Positions 1 through 9,451 are shown, counted from the first letter of the stretch. The stretch is 64,000 nucleotides of DNA from Bacteroidia bacterium (GCA_965279035.1 OZ257142.1:3456001-3520000); one strand, 5' to 3'. The notes: generated from the sequence alone by a model not told the origin. A program made the numbers and translations.

Positions 1-2
1 AA

Positions 3-209
3 GGAAAAGATGTTGAAACAATTAGCAGAGAGCATGGAGTATCGAAGGCTACTTTTTACAAGTGGCGACAACGATACGGTGGCATGGAGGCTAGTGAGTT
101 GAAGAATATAAAACGGCTAGAAGAGGAAAATGCAAAGTTAAAGCGCATGTATACAGATTTAGCTTTAGAGCTAGATATGGCAAAGTATATAATCGAAAAA
201 AAGCTTTAA
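3..209 (+). CDS. IS3 transposase OrfA (partial)
   Basis: Manual translation [50 protein letters not shown]...: HTH plus leucine zipper. Confidence 0.85.
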   Translation, partial: GKDVETISREHGVSKATFYKWRQRYGGMEASELKNIKRLEEENAKLKRMYTDLALELDMAKYIIEKKL

Positions 210-466
210 AGCCTTGCCACAAAAGAGCGATTGTAGAAGAGCTCAAGCATCATTATCCTCATGGCATAAGCAAGGCGTGTCGTATTTTACAAACAAGCAG
301 GAGTAGTTTAAACTATCGTTCCCAAAAGGATGATTCGTTTTTAAATGATGCTTTAAGTAAACTAAGCATTGAACACCCCAGAGAAGGCTTTTGGAAGAGT
401 TATTATCGTTTACGCAACAAGAGTGTCAAAGTAAACCACAAACGCCTCCACAGGGTTTATAAGCAA

Positions 467-1090
467 ATGGGTCTACCATTAAGACGCAAGGCAAAAAAGC
501 GTTTGCCAGCAAGAGTAAAAGAACAAATCGTAATACCAAGTGAATTTAACCATACTTGGAGTATTGATTTTGTACATGACGTTCTCAGCAATGGTCGCAA
601 GTTCAGATCCTTTAATGTTATAGATGATTACAATCGTGAGGTATTATTTATCGAAACAGATTATTCATTAAAAAGTAGCAGAGTAATCTGGGTGCTAAAC
701 CACCTAATCAATAAACATGGAAAACCTAAAAAAATACGAATGGATAACGGACCTGAATTTATCGCCAAGCTTTCGAAAGAATGGAGTGAAATAAAAGAAA
801 TAGACTTTCATTACATACAGCCTGGAAAGCCAACACAAAATGCATTGATAGAAAGATTTAATAAAACCTTTAGAGGAGGAATCCTTGATAATTATATTTT
901 TGAATCTCTCTATGAGGTAAGAAGCATCACTGAAACATGGATGCAAGACTACAATGAAGAAAGGCCACATGATGCTTTGGGTGGCTTAAGTCCAGTGATG
1001 TATAAACGTAAAAATCAGACTCTTCTTGGCCTCCGTTCCGCTACGCTTCACTCCAGCCAAGAAGAGTTAATCAATGATAATAAATTGTAA
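467..1090 (+). CDS. IS3 transposase OrfB (DDE/rve); real frame probably begins near 200 via -1 frameshift
   Basis: WSIDF...D...DNGPEF...[14 protein letters not shown] motifs. Confidence 0.9.
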   Translation: MGLPLRRKAKKRLPARVKEQIVIPSEFNHTWSIDFVHDVLSNGRKFRSFNVIDDYNREVLFIETDYSLKSSRVIWVLNHLINKHGKPKKIRMDNGPEFIAKLSKEWSEIKEIDFHYIQPGKPTQNALIERFNKTFRGGILDNYIFESLYEVRSITETWMQDYNEERPHDALGGLSPVMYKRKNQTLLGLRSATLHSSQEELINDNKL

Positions 1091-1122
1091 TTTAGAACCG
1101 TACTAAAAATGGGGAGCCTACA

Positions 1123-1362
1123 AACTAGCAAAGGCATTTTCATTCGATTTCATTCTAGTAAAATATCAAGCAAACAAAGCCGTGAAAAATATTTCAGCTG
1201 ATTTTGACTTCTGCCCTATTCTTGGCTTATTTTGAACTTGCAAAATCTAAGGCGATTTTTTCTACTCGATTCCAGCTAAAAACAGTTTTACAAATTGCAT
1301 GAATAACTCATTTGTGCAAAATGTTAGCCGACTTTGCGGAAGAGATTCGCGTTTCTTATAAC
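1123..1362. repeat. Non-coding cassette family Y (partial, interrupted by IS3)
   Basis: Homologous to the right halves of 47482-47928 and 59900-60348. Confidence 0.85.
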
Positions 1363-1487
1363 GTTCCGCACACACCTGAAGAGCCAAATGAGGTGAACGG
1401 AATGCTTTAGATTAGACGAATATAACAAGAAAATCGAATGCCTCAAACTCCCGAAATGCTTGGCTTTGCTGGTGTGTGCTGTTAGCG
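1356..1487 (-). repeat. attC-like site, family A, intact
   Basis: TAAC-GTTCC-GCACACACC...GGTGTGTGC-T-GTTA palindrome. Confidence 0.9.
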
Positions 1488-1904
1488 GATGTCACCTATC
1501 CGTAAATATGTTTCTGGAGTCATTACTGATAAACTACTTTCCTTAAAATCTTTAATGTTTCTTGTCACGATTACTTTAATCTCTTTGTCATATTGCGCTG
1601 AGAAATTCTGTATCGCATCTTCAAAATCCTTAAATTCAGAATTTAGAGCTGCTAATATCGTTTCTTTATTTATTATCGCAATATCAATCATATTAATTAA
1701 CATCTTCAGATTCTCAATGACCTTCTCGTGTTTCGCTGTCTTTCTCAAAAGATAATACACATTACTTATTATCACAGGTGTTACAAAACCTGATATAACT
1801 TTCTTTTCACATAACATCAATATTTTAGTGGCATCGTCCGAAAATGGTTTTCTGTCAAAAAAGAAGTCGAGTATTACATCTGTATCAATTAAAACTTTAT
1901 TCAT
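1482..1904 (-). CDS. PIN-domain (VapC-like) toxin
   Basis: VLIDTDVILD...DFEDAIQ...IVTRNIKDF PIN motifs. Confidence 0.9.
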   Translation of the reverse strand: MNKVLIDTDVILDFFFDRKPFSDDATKILMLCEKKVISGFVTPVIISNVYYLLRKTAKHEKVIENLKMLINMIDIAIINKETILAALNSEFKDFEDAIQNFSAQYDKEIKVIVTRNIKDFKESSLSVMTPETYLRIGDIR

Positions 1905-1906
1905 AC

Positions 1907-2164
1907 TTACAAATATTTTTTGGCAATTGCATCTGTAAGTTCTTTCTTGTAATCAAAATCTTTTGGTAATTTAAATGAACCTCGTAATTGCTTTACAGTT
2001 GGACTCAAATCTTTATCATCAATCTCCTTTTCATTAGTTAAAGCTTTAAGATAATTTTCTATTAGGTCAGACAGACTTCTTTCCCGTTCCCGCGCATATC
2101 TTTTAGCCTTCTCAATTATTGATTGCTCAATCGTAAGCGTTAGTTTCGTATTCATAACCTTCAT
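1907..2164 (-). CDS. Antitoxin, RHH-like (DUF6364-like)
   Basis: TKLTLTIEQSIIEKAKRYA...SLSDLIENYL directly upstream of the PIN gene. Confidence 0.8.
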   Translation of the reverse strand: MKVMNTKLTLTIEQSIIEKAKRYARERERSLSDLIENYLKALTNEKEIDDKDLSPTVKQLRGSFKLPKDFDYKKELTDAIAKKYL

Positions 2165-2305
2165 TTTTCACAAAAGTAATAAAATTTTCAATATACACGT
2201 GCAAATATATCCAAATGAATACGTGTCGTTTGTTGGTGATTTCCGCTAACCTTTAGACTTGCAGTCAAAGATTTTAGCTGATAAATTTACCATAAATAAA
2301 TGTAG

Positions 2306-2457
2306 TTAACCGAAAGCAGGGCGACCTATGCGCTAACAAGGATAATAGGCCTATGGAACGATATAGTGCCCTACTTTCTGGTTATTTAAGCCTCAGATAG
2401 ATATTCGGGATTCAGGCCCATTATAAAGGTTTTGAGGTACAAATAACCATTGGTTAA
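2306..2457 (+). ncRNA. Predicted IS110 bridge RNA (same offset in all 7 copies)
   Basis: Two stem-loops with internal loops: CGCTAAC (2331-2337) and GGAACG (2355-2360) match the target; ATAGATAT (2397-2404) and TAAAGG (2424-2429) match the IS circle junction. Confidence 0.8.
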
Positions 2458-2480
2458 TCCGTTTTGCTAATTATAAAATT

Positions 2481-3494
2481 ATGAATTCAAACCAGAACAA
2501 CCAAAAACATTTTGTAGGAACAGATGTTTCAAAAGAAACACTTGATGTAACGATCTTTTTCAACTCCTCAATGCATTTTCATCAGCAATTTTCAAATGAC
2601 AGCAAGGGCTTTAAGCAATTGCTGAAATGGCTAGAAACCTATCCTGAATTCAGTTTTGAAAATACTTTATTCTGCATGGAACATACAGGAATTTACACTC
2701 GTCAGTTTGTTGAATTCCTCCTTTCGAAAGAAGCAAAGGTATGGATGGAGTCGGCACTGCATTTAAAGCGTTCTATGGGCATGACAAGGGGCAAAAGTGA
2801 TAAGATCGATTCACTGCGAATTGCACGCTATGCAATGACTCATCAGGACCAAGCCAGGCTCGTAAATCTTTCCAATAAAACATTGTTGCTTATCAAAGAC
2901 CTTATGAGTGCAAGAGAGCGGAGTAAAAAGGCCTACCAGTCCATAAAAGTCTCCATTGATGAAATGCAAAGAGTCGATGCAGCAACAGCAAAAGAGCTCT
3001 TGAGGATTAATAAACCAGCCCTTTCTGGATTATTGAAAAGCAAGATGGCGTTGGAAAAACGGATGATGGAATTAATAGCGATGGATCCTGAACTGAACGA
3101 GCTATTTGAGCTGGTTACTTCTGTCAAAGGTGTGGGTAATGTATTGGCAACCGAACTGATTGTTTATACACATGCATTTAAAAGAATGGATGAAGCCAAA
3201 CAACTGGCCTGCTATTGCGGAGTCGCTCCTTTTTCTCATACTTCCGGCACGAGTGTGCATGGAAGAAATGGAACTTCAAACTTTGCTAACATGGGACTTA
3301 AATCAACTTTACACTTGGCTGCACTTTCTTCAATTCGTTACGTACCTGAGCTTAAAACATATTATCAGAGGAAAGTAGCTGAGGGAAAATCCAAAATGAG
3401 CGTAATTAATGCCGTGCGGAATAAACTGTTGCAACGTGTCTTAGCAGTGGTAAAAAGAGGAACGCCTTACCAAGAAAATTATCAAGTAAATTAA
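2481..3494 (+). CDS. IS110 recombinase/transposase
   Basis: DEDD RuvC-like motifs GTDVSK, MEHTG, KSDKID; C-terminal HTSGTS serine motif. Confidence 0.95.
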   Translation: MNSNQNNQKHFVGTDVSKETLDVTIFFNSSMHFHQQFSNDSKGFKQLLKWLETYPEFSFENTLFCMEHTGIYTRQFVEFLLSKEAKVWMESALHLKRSMGMTRGKSDKIDSLRIARYAMTHQDQARLVNLSNKTLLLIKDLMSARERSKKAYQSIKVSIDEMQRVDAATAKELLRINKPALSGLLKSKMALEKRMMELIAMDPELNELFELVTSVKGVGNVLATELIVYTHAFKRMDEAKQLACYCGVAPFSHTSGTSVHGRNGTSNFANMGLKSTLHLAALSSIRYVPELKTYYQRKVAEGKSKMSVINAVRNKLLQRVLAVVKRGTPYQENYQVN

Positions 3495-3515
3495 TTTGGA
3501 AAACTCATAGATATC

Positions 3516-3640
3516 GTTCCGCACACACCTGAAGAGCCAAATGAGATGAACGAAATGCTTTATATTAGACGAATATAACAAGAAAAACGAATGCCTCATA
3601 CTCCCGAAATGCTTGGCTTTGCTGGTGTGTGCTGTTAGCT
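3516..3640 (-). repeat. attC-like site A, disrupted by IS110
   Basis: GTTCCGCACACACC...GGTGTGTGCTGTTAGC; its TAAC end lies at 2247-2250. Confidence 0.9.
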
Positions 3641-3645
3641 GTAGT

Positions 3646-4287
3646 TTATTTATTACTCCAGAATTCTTCAGTTAAATAAAAAACAGTGTCAATAAAATAA
3701 AGGACATTATTTCTAGTCAACACATTTTCATCATGCAAATCTTCGAGTATAATTCCTAAATTTTGATTAAAGTAATCGTTGTTTCTAGTATTTTGAAATC
3801 CATTTGAAGTCAAAAACTCTTTTAATTGATTTAAATCTGTATTACTTGTTATTGTAACATATGATTGTTGAACAACAGCATAAAGAATTTCATTCTCCTT
3901 GGTAAATCCAAGCAATTCATATGCAGTATCTTCAAAAAAAAAATTATGAATCAACAAATTATAAAAGTAATCTCTCCAACTGCTATAATAAATTCCATCA
4001 TTTAACTTTAAAACATGATCAGAGTTTTTGAGATACACTCTTTGCTCTGCTCCTTCACTTACATACTGAGTAAAATCAATATCAGATATCCAAAGCTTAT
4101 TTTCTGAAACAAAGATTTCTAATCTCTTTGCTTCTTGTTCTTTGAATTGCTTTGAGTTTTCAATTTTTGAGCCTGGTTGCGAGCCTTTGCTAAGGTAACT
4201 GGCGACTGATTGGATAGTTGTTCCAAACCTAACTTGGCTCTTTCCTGAAATGACATCATAAAGTTCTTGTTTAAGTTGGTCTTGCAT
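3646..4287 (-). CDS. Kinase-fold protein, polyvalent-protein kinase (kinase-PolyVal-like)
   Basis: GAEQRVY, VLK, EDLHDENV, FID kinase-like motifs. Confidence 0.65.
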   Translation of the reverse strand: MQDQLKQELYDVISGKSQVRFGTTIQSVASYLSKGSQPGSKIENSKQFKEQEAKRLEIFVSENKLWISDIDFTQYVSEGAEQRVYLKNSDHVLKLNDGIYYSSWRDYFYNLLIHNFFFEDTAYELLGFTKENEILYAVVQQSYVTITSNTDLNQLKEFLTSNGFQNTRNNDYFNQNLGIILEDLHDENVLTRNNVLYFIDTVFYLTEEFWSNK

Positions 4288-4353
4288 TAAAGCAAAGATA
4301 AGAAATGATTTTATAAGTCGGAATGCTTGTTTATCAGCGATTTACTAAATTAC

Positions 4354-4485
4354 AGCTAACGTTTCGGGGGTTTGCGATGGCGGGGAGTTTTAGCACTAAA
4401 CTTCATTCGGAGAACTGAACTTCCACTAACCACAAATGTGTCTGCGAAGCACGGAACCCCCGCTATCGCAAACCCCATGTTAGCG
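4354..4485 (-). repeat. attC-like site, family D
   Basis: CTAAC-GTTTC-GGGGTTTGCGATGGCGGGG...CCCCGCTATCGCAAACCCC-AT-GTTAG. Confidence 0.9.
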
Positions 4486-4589
4486 GATGCCCTTCTTCCC
4501 ATTCCACGAAGGTATGCACTTTATTTTGTCGCACAATTGTCTGATTAAATTTTTTGTCGTCAAAAGTTGTCAGCAAGTAACCACACAAA

Positions 4590-4620
4590 AAATAAGCAGG
4601 GGTGGCGAAGCCACCCCTGC
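4590..4620 (-). terminator. Likely intrinsic terminator downstream of viperin
   Basis: GCAGGGGTGGC-GAA-GCCACCCCTGC hairpin followed by a T-rich tract on the minus strand. Confidence 0.55.
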
Positions 4621-4872
4621 CTTTACTACTTGTCTTTTCCCTTTGGCGGCACAGGAGGCTGCTGTTTAGGGTCAAGTTGTTTGCCTCTGTTACCTTGATT
4701 TTTGTCATAGGTTTCGTTTGTGCCAGAGGTCCCTTTGTTCGGATTTTTTATGTCCGCTTCGTGATTTTTTTCTTTCTCACTCATTGTTTTTGGATTTAAC
4801 TGTGATGCTTCAATTTCTGCGTTTCTGCTTCCGCCCCTTAGTTTTAGTTGGACTTCGGTTTAACCAATATTT

Positions 4873-5739
4873 TTAGTTAACCGTTGTCCAGTTGTAGATG
4901 CCGCCTCTTGAAACAAACTTTGAAAAGTCGTAGCTCATTTGCTGAATAGCAAGTCTTGCCCCGATGTCTAAAATTGGTTTGCTGTAAATGTGTCCGCCTG
5001 TTGTGTTGTCGTAAAACCTGCCTGCTGGGTCAACCATAGCATAAGAACCAGTCATTTGATTGTTGTTCTCGGGAACTATGCTTGTAATGTCCAGAAGTCC
5101 TTTGTGGTTATCAATAAAAAATTGAAATTGCTCGTTTGTGATTTTGAATTTGTCAATGTTCAAATCGTTCTGTCCTTTCATTGGCAAAACTTGGAATAGT
5201 TTCCATCGTTTTGGTTTTGCATAACGGATAAACTCGCTCAAGTTTTCGTTGCAGTTCTTGCTACTTACAACTGTATTTATTTTTAGTCCATAACCGTGTT
5301 CTTTTATTCTGTCAACAAGCGAAGTGTAGTAGTCAATTTGTAAAGGTGTCTTGCCCGAAATTGCTCTGCCGGTTTCAATGTTTGTGTTAGCGTTTAAACT
5401 GTCAATGCTTACGGAAATCCAGTCAAGGTGCTGCTGATTAGCTTGCAAAAAACTGTCAGTAAGTTTACTGCCGTTGCTCACAATCATTGTTGTAAGTCCT
5501 GCTTGCTTGGCGGTTGTAATTAAATCGGGAAGCCAAGGGCAAAGAGTTGGTTCGCCTCCTGCGAAAGTGATTTTCTCAAAGCCAATTTCAGCAAGATGAA
5601 GGACTACTTCAATTGCTTGTTCTTTTGGTAAATGTCCTTTTGGTAAAATGCTTTGCTTAACATCTTGAAAGGTTGCGAAGCAAAACTTGCAACGCATGTT
5701 GCATGGCTCCCATAAATGAAAATTGACTGCTGGAATCAT
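4873..5739 (-). CDS. Prokaryotic viperin (radical SAM, antiviral ddhNTP synthase)
   Basis: VNFHLWEPCNMRCKFCF (CX3CX2C), KITFAGGEP, SYAMVDPAGRF, FVSRGGIYNW viperin-like motifs. Confidence 0.88.
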   Translation of the reverse strand: MIPAVNFHLWEPCNMRCKFCFATFQDVKQSILPKGHLPKEQAIEVVLHLAEIGFEKITFAGGEPTLCPWLPDLITTAKQAGLTTMIVSNGSKLTDSFLQANQQHLDWISVSIDSLNANTNIETGRAISGKTPLQIDYYTSLVDRIKEHGYGLKINTVVSSKNCNENLSEFIRYAKPKRWKLFQVLPMKGQNDLNIDKFKITNEQFQFFIDNHKGLLDITSIVPENNNQMTGSYAMVDPAGRFYDNTTGGHIYSKPILDIGARLAIQQMSYDFSKFVSRGGIYNWTTVN

Positions 5740-5821
5740 TTGTGTGTTTTTTAGTTTAACGACACAAATATTCAGCGACTTTTTAGGTCAGATTCTATTT
5801 GGAAAATAGAAACTTATTGAA

Positions 5822-5850
5822 AGTAATGAGTTGGCTTTTTTGAGTAATGA
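5822..5850 (-). promoter_or_regulatory. Putative LytTR binding direct repeat upstream of viperin
   Basis: AGTAATGA at 5822 and 5843, period 21 bp. Confidence 0.5.
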
Positions 5851-5856
5851 AATAGG

Positions 5857-6597
5857 TCAAGGCATCCGAAAATTCTCTGAGGTTTTTAAAAGTTTTGTTT
5901 CAATTTTTCCATTTTGGTTCATCACTTCAACTTCAATCTCACGACTTCCTTTCTTTCTTGGTTTAACATGCTTTTCGTTCACCACAACACCTCTGATAAT
6001 TTCCAAAAACTTTTGTTTGCTAAATCCTTTCTCGTGCATTTTAGCTATTGTAAAATCAATAAGTATTTCTGGTTTTCGGTCTATGAAGTAAATGATTTTG
6101 TTGTTTGATTCCGCACCATTTGCCTTGTCTGAACATAGATAAACTATAGTGTCAACCACTATTTTATTTTTTTTGCTCTCTGCAAAATCAAGGTTAATGT
6201 ATTTGGAAGTTATTTCTTCTCTCACTTCGTTGAGAAACTTTGTCGCCTTTTTAAGAAACTCCTTTTCCGTAAATGGTTTTGTAATGTGGTCAACAATTAA
6301 ATCAAATTCGCTTTCCAATTTTTCAATCTCTTTCAAATTCGCTGCGTTGTGTCCGCTAACAAACAATACTGGAAGTTTAAGTTTGTAAGCTACCTCTAAA
6401 CCATTCATGTTACTGCCACCGCCTAAATCAATGTCAAGAAGCAAAGCGTCAGCTTTGCTTGTTTTTTCATTGTTTAAAAAGTCGGTGGAGTTTGTTGCGA
6501 AAGCAACAACTTCAACTAACTCTGTCGCTTCCAAATTTTGTTTATGGTCTTTCAGTAGCGAAGGATTGTCTTCTAAAATTGCAACTTTAAGTTTCAT
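5857..6597 (-). CDS. LytTR-type response regulator
   Basis: Receiver domain (ILEDN, LLDID, NGLE, ITKPF) plus LytTR-like C-terminus; ATG overlaps the kinase stop (TAATG). Confidence 0.85.
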   Translation of the reverse strand: MKLKVAILEDNPSLLKDHKQNLEATELVEVVAFATNSTDFLNNEKTSKADALLLDIDLGGGSNMNGLEVAYKLKLPVLFVSGHNAANLKEIEKLESEFDLIVDHITKPFTEKEFLKKATKFLNEVREEITSKYINLDFAESKKNKIVVDTIVYLCSDKANGAESNNKIIYFIDRKPEILIDFTIAKMHEKGFSKQKFLEIIRGVVVNEKHVKPRKKGSREIEVEVMNQNGKIETKLLKTSENFRMP

Positions 6598-7310
6598 TAA
6601 AAGCGAATGATTAAAGTTGAAATATACTGTTGCTCGTTGCAACTATTTTTAAGGTCAAATTTTCCTGTCAGCAGAAGGTCTAATCGTTTTCTCATGTTGC
6701 TCAATCCAATTCCGCCTTTCGTTTCTCTTGGGTTTGGAATAATTCTGTTTACCACATTCAATTCAAAAGTTGTGTCCGAAAGTTTGAGTGTGATTTTCAA
6801 AAACTCTGGATGGTTTCTATCTCCGTGTTTGAAAGCGTTCTCAACGAAGTAAGCCGTTATCAGGTGAGGAACGCAAGCCGTTGTAAAAAATTTTGAGTTT
6901 GTATTCACTTGCGACTTGTCAATTTTTATGCTGTCAATTTGATAAACAAAATTTCCTTGAAGTGCTTTATACTTTTCAAGAAAGTTCAACTCCTCTTGAA
7001 TACTTACAAGATGTTTGTTGCCGTGATATAAAATGTAGTCAAGCGTTTCAGCAAGCGATTCAGAACCTTTGTAAAGATTTTTGGCTGCAACATTAAGCGT
7101 TGAAACCATGTTGCGTAGAGTGTGAGGTTGCAACTGAAATTTCAAATGCTCTGCCTCAAGTAAAGCGTTGTCGGCAATGAGTTTTGCGTTTTCCCTTGCA
7201 AGTTTGTCCCGCTGCTTTTTCTCTGCTTTCAGTTTGGAGTAAAGCCAAATACTGAGAACAATGAAAACTACAATTATGAAAATTAGTCCTTCGTTATCTT
7301 CCATTGTCAA
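6597..7310 (-). CDS. LytS/YehU-family histidine kinase, single TM, no sensor domain
   Basis: LKFQLQPHTLRN H-box, VENAFKHG, GGIGLSN. Confidence 0.88.
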   Translation of the reverse strand: MTMEDNEGLIFIIVVFIVLSIWLYSKLKAEKKQRDKLARENAKLIADNALLEAEHLKFQLQPHTLRNMVSTLNVAAKNLYKGSESLAETLDYILYHGNKHLVSIQEELNFLEKYKALQGNFVYQIDSIKIDKSQVNTNSKFFTTACVPHLITAYFVENAFKHGDRNHPEFLKITLKLSDTTFELNVVNRIIPNPRETKGGIGLSNMRKRLDLLLTGKFDLKNSCNEQQYISTLIIRF

Positions 7311-7380
7311 GTTTACTAAAAGTCGTCATATTTTGCTGTCGGTTGATGGTTGCACGGTCGCTCATAGGGTTTCCGCTAAC

Positions 7381-8645
7381 CTTTAGACTTGCAGTCAAAG
7401 ATTTTAGCTGATAAATTTACCATAAATAAATGTAGTTAACCGAAAGCAGGGCGACCTATGCGCTAACAAGGATAATAGGCCTATGGAACGATATAGTGCC
7501 CTACTTTCTGGTTATTTAAGCCTCAGATAGATATTCGGGATTCAGGCCCATTATAAAGGTTTTGAGGTACAAATAACCATTGGTTAATCCGTTTTGCTAA
7601 TTATAAAATTATGAATTCAAACCAGAACAACCAAAAACATTTTGTAGGAACAGATGTTTCAAAAGAAACACTTGATGTAACGATCTTTTTCAACTCCTCA
7701 ATGCATTTTCATCAGCAATTTTCAAATGACAGCAAGGGCTTTAAGCAATTGCTGAAATGGCTAGAAACCTATCCTGAATTCAGTTTTGAAAATACTTTAT
7801 TCTGCATGGAACATACAGGAATTTACACTCGTCAGTTTGTTGAATTCCTCCTTTCGAAAGAAGCAAAGGTATGGATGGAGTCGGCACTGCATTTAAAGCG
7901 TTCTATGGGCATGACAAGGGGCAAAAGTGATAAGATCGATTCACTGCGAATTGCACGCTATGCAATGACTCATCAGGACCAAGCCAGGCTCGTAAATCTT
8001 TCCAATAAAACATTGTTGCTTATCAAAGACCTTATGAGTGCAAGAGAGCGGAGTAAAAAGGCCTACCAGTCCATAAAAGTCTCCATTGATGAAATGCAAA
8101 GAGTCGATGCAGCAACAGCAAAAGAGCTCTTGAGGATTAATAAACCAGCCCTTTCTGGATTATTGAAAAGCAAGATGGCGTTGGAAAAACGGATGATGGA
8201 ATTAATAGCGATGGATCCTGAACTGAACGAGCTATTTGAGCTGGTTACTTCTGTCAAAGGTGTGGGTAATGTATTGGCAACCGAACTGATTGTTTATACA
8301 CATGCATTTAAAAGAATGGATGAAGCCAAACAACTGGCCTGCTATTGCGGAGTCGCTCCTTTTTCTCATACTTCCGGCACGAGTGTGCATGGAAGAAATG
8401 GAACTTCAAACTTTGCTAACATGGGACTTAAATCAACTTTACACTTGGCTGCACTTTCTTCAATTCGTTACGTACCTGAGCTTAAAACATATTATCAGAG
8501 GAAAGTAGCTGAGGGAAAATCCAAAATGAGCGTAATTAATGCCGTGCGGAATAAACTGTTGCAACGTGTCTTAGCAGTGGTAAAAAGAGGAACGCCTTAC
8601 CAAGAAAATTATCAAGTAAATTAATTTGGAAAACTCATAGATATC
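7381..8645 (+). mobile_element. IS110 copy 2
   Basis: Same ends and length as copy 1, same target position. Confidence 0.95.
7611..8624 (+). CDS. IS110 recombinase
   Basis: Protein identical to 2481..3494. Confidence 0.95.
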   Translation: MNSNQNNQKHFVGTDVSKETLDVTIFFNSSMHFHQQFSNDSKGFKQLLKWLETYPEFSFENTLFCMEHTGIYTRQFVEFLLSKEAKVWMESALHLKRSMGMTRGKSDKIDSLRIARYAMTHQDQARLVNLSNKTLLLIKDLMSARERSKKAYQSIKVSIDEMQRVDAATAKELLRINKPALSGLLKSKMALEKRMMELIAMDPELNELFELVTSVKGVGNVLATELIVYTHAFKRMDEAKQLACYCGVAPFSHTSGTSVHGRNGTSNFANMGLKSTLHLAALSSIRYVPELKTYYQRKVAEGKSKMSVINAVRNKLLQRVLAVVKRGTPYQENYQVN

Positions 8646-8770
8646 GTTCCGCACACACCTGAAGAGCCAAACGAGGTGAACGAAATGCTTTAGATTAGAC
8701 GAATATAACAAGAAAAACGGATGCTTCAAACTCCCGAAATGCTTGGCTTTGCTGGTGTGTGCTGTTATGG
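8646..8770 (-). repeat. attC-like site A, IS110-disrupted
   Basis: Family A sequence. Confidence 0.9.
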
Positions 8771-8929
8771 GCTGGTTTTCTTTCTTTATAGACAGTAAAG
8801 GCAAGTTGTTCTGTCTTGTGAGCCTCAATTAATTCTGTAGTGTCCTTGTCAGGAAAAGCAACAATCAGATAATTTCCTCTTGCCAAAATCTAATTTCCCA
8901 TGCCAATTTGATCTTGGTGGGACTGTTGA

Positions 8930-9304
8930 TTATTCATAGCGGTGTGATTTTTCACTAAATTTTATATCGTAAATTGTCACAAGGCCATTTTTATTTTTAA
9001 TAATAATATTGTTTCCACATACATTTTTTACGCTATCACCATCATATAAATATTTATTAGATATTTCATTAAATTTTTGGTCATAAATTGTTACTCGATT
9101 ATCTTTAGATGTTACCACAATAATCTCAGGCGAGAAACCTGAGAGTTCGTCACCATCGAAAATATATTTACGAGATATTTCACTATAATTTGAATTCCAC
9201 ACAGTCAATCTTCCATCACTTGATTTTGAAATATCAGCTATGTCTTGACCATATGATAAAATTGTAGTTAACGCTAAGGCGGAAACTAAAAGAAACTTCT
9301 TCAT
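8930..9304 (-). CDS. Secreted hypothetical protein with internal repeats
   Basis: Signal peptide MKKFLLVSALAL; three repeats of the VTIYD.KF.EIS..Y type. Confidence 0.7.
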   Translation of the reverse strand: MKKFLLVSALALTTILSYGQDIADISKSSDGRLTVWNSNYSEISRKYIFDGDELSGFSPEIIVVTSKDNRVTIYDQKFNEISNKYLYDGDSVKNVCGNNIIIKNKNGLVTIYDIKFSEKSHRYE

Positions 9305-9451
9305 TTTTATTTGAATTAAATTTTTGTTGCTATTCCTCATGATGTTCGGAATACTCTCTGTTTTTTTGGTGGTTATATTGTATCAACTATTCAGTTGTTT
9401 GTCTCTTTTTATGGTCAATCTTTCTTGAACTGCGATGTCTTTTAAACTTGC

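Larger units (their letters stand above)
1..1122 (+). mobile_element. IS3-family element, left-truncated by window edge, inserted in a Y-type non-coding cassette
   Basis: OrfA/OrfB with A7G slippery site at 196-203; right end ...GGGGAGCCTACA, after which Y-cassette sequence resumes. Confidence 0.85.
2251..3515 (+). mobile_element. IS110-family element copy 1 (1265 bp) inserted in a family A site
   Basis: Empty site TAAC|GTTCCGCA is split by CTTTAGAC...CATAGATATC; no TIR and no multi-base TSD (boundary ambiguous by one C). Confidence 0.95.

Noticed and set aside
2933-3378. 64-aa and 72-aa ORFs repeated in each IS110
   Set aside because: Shadow or alternate-frame ORFs inside the recombinase gene, repeated only because the IS is
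2251-3515. attC-targeting group II intron
   Set aside because: No reverse transcriptase; the ORF is a DEDD IS110 recombinase
8695-8886. 63-aa ORF downstream of 8930..9304
   Set aside because: Runs into the att site; at most a gene remnant that I cannot support
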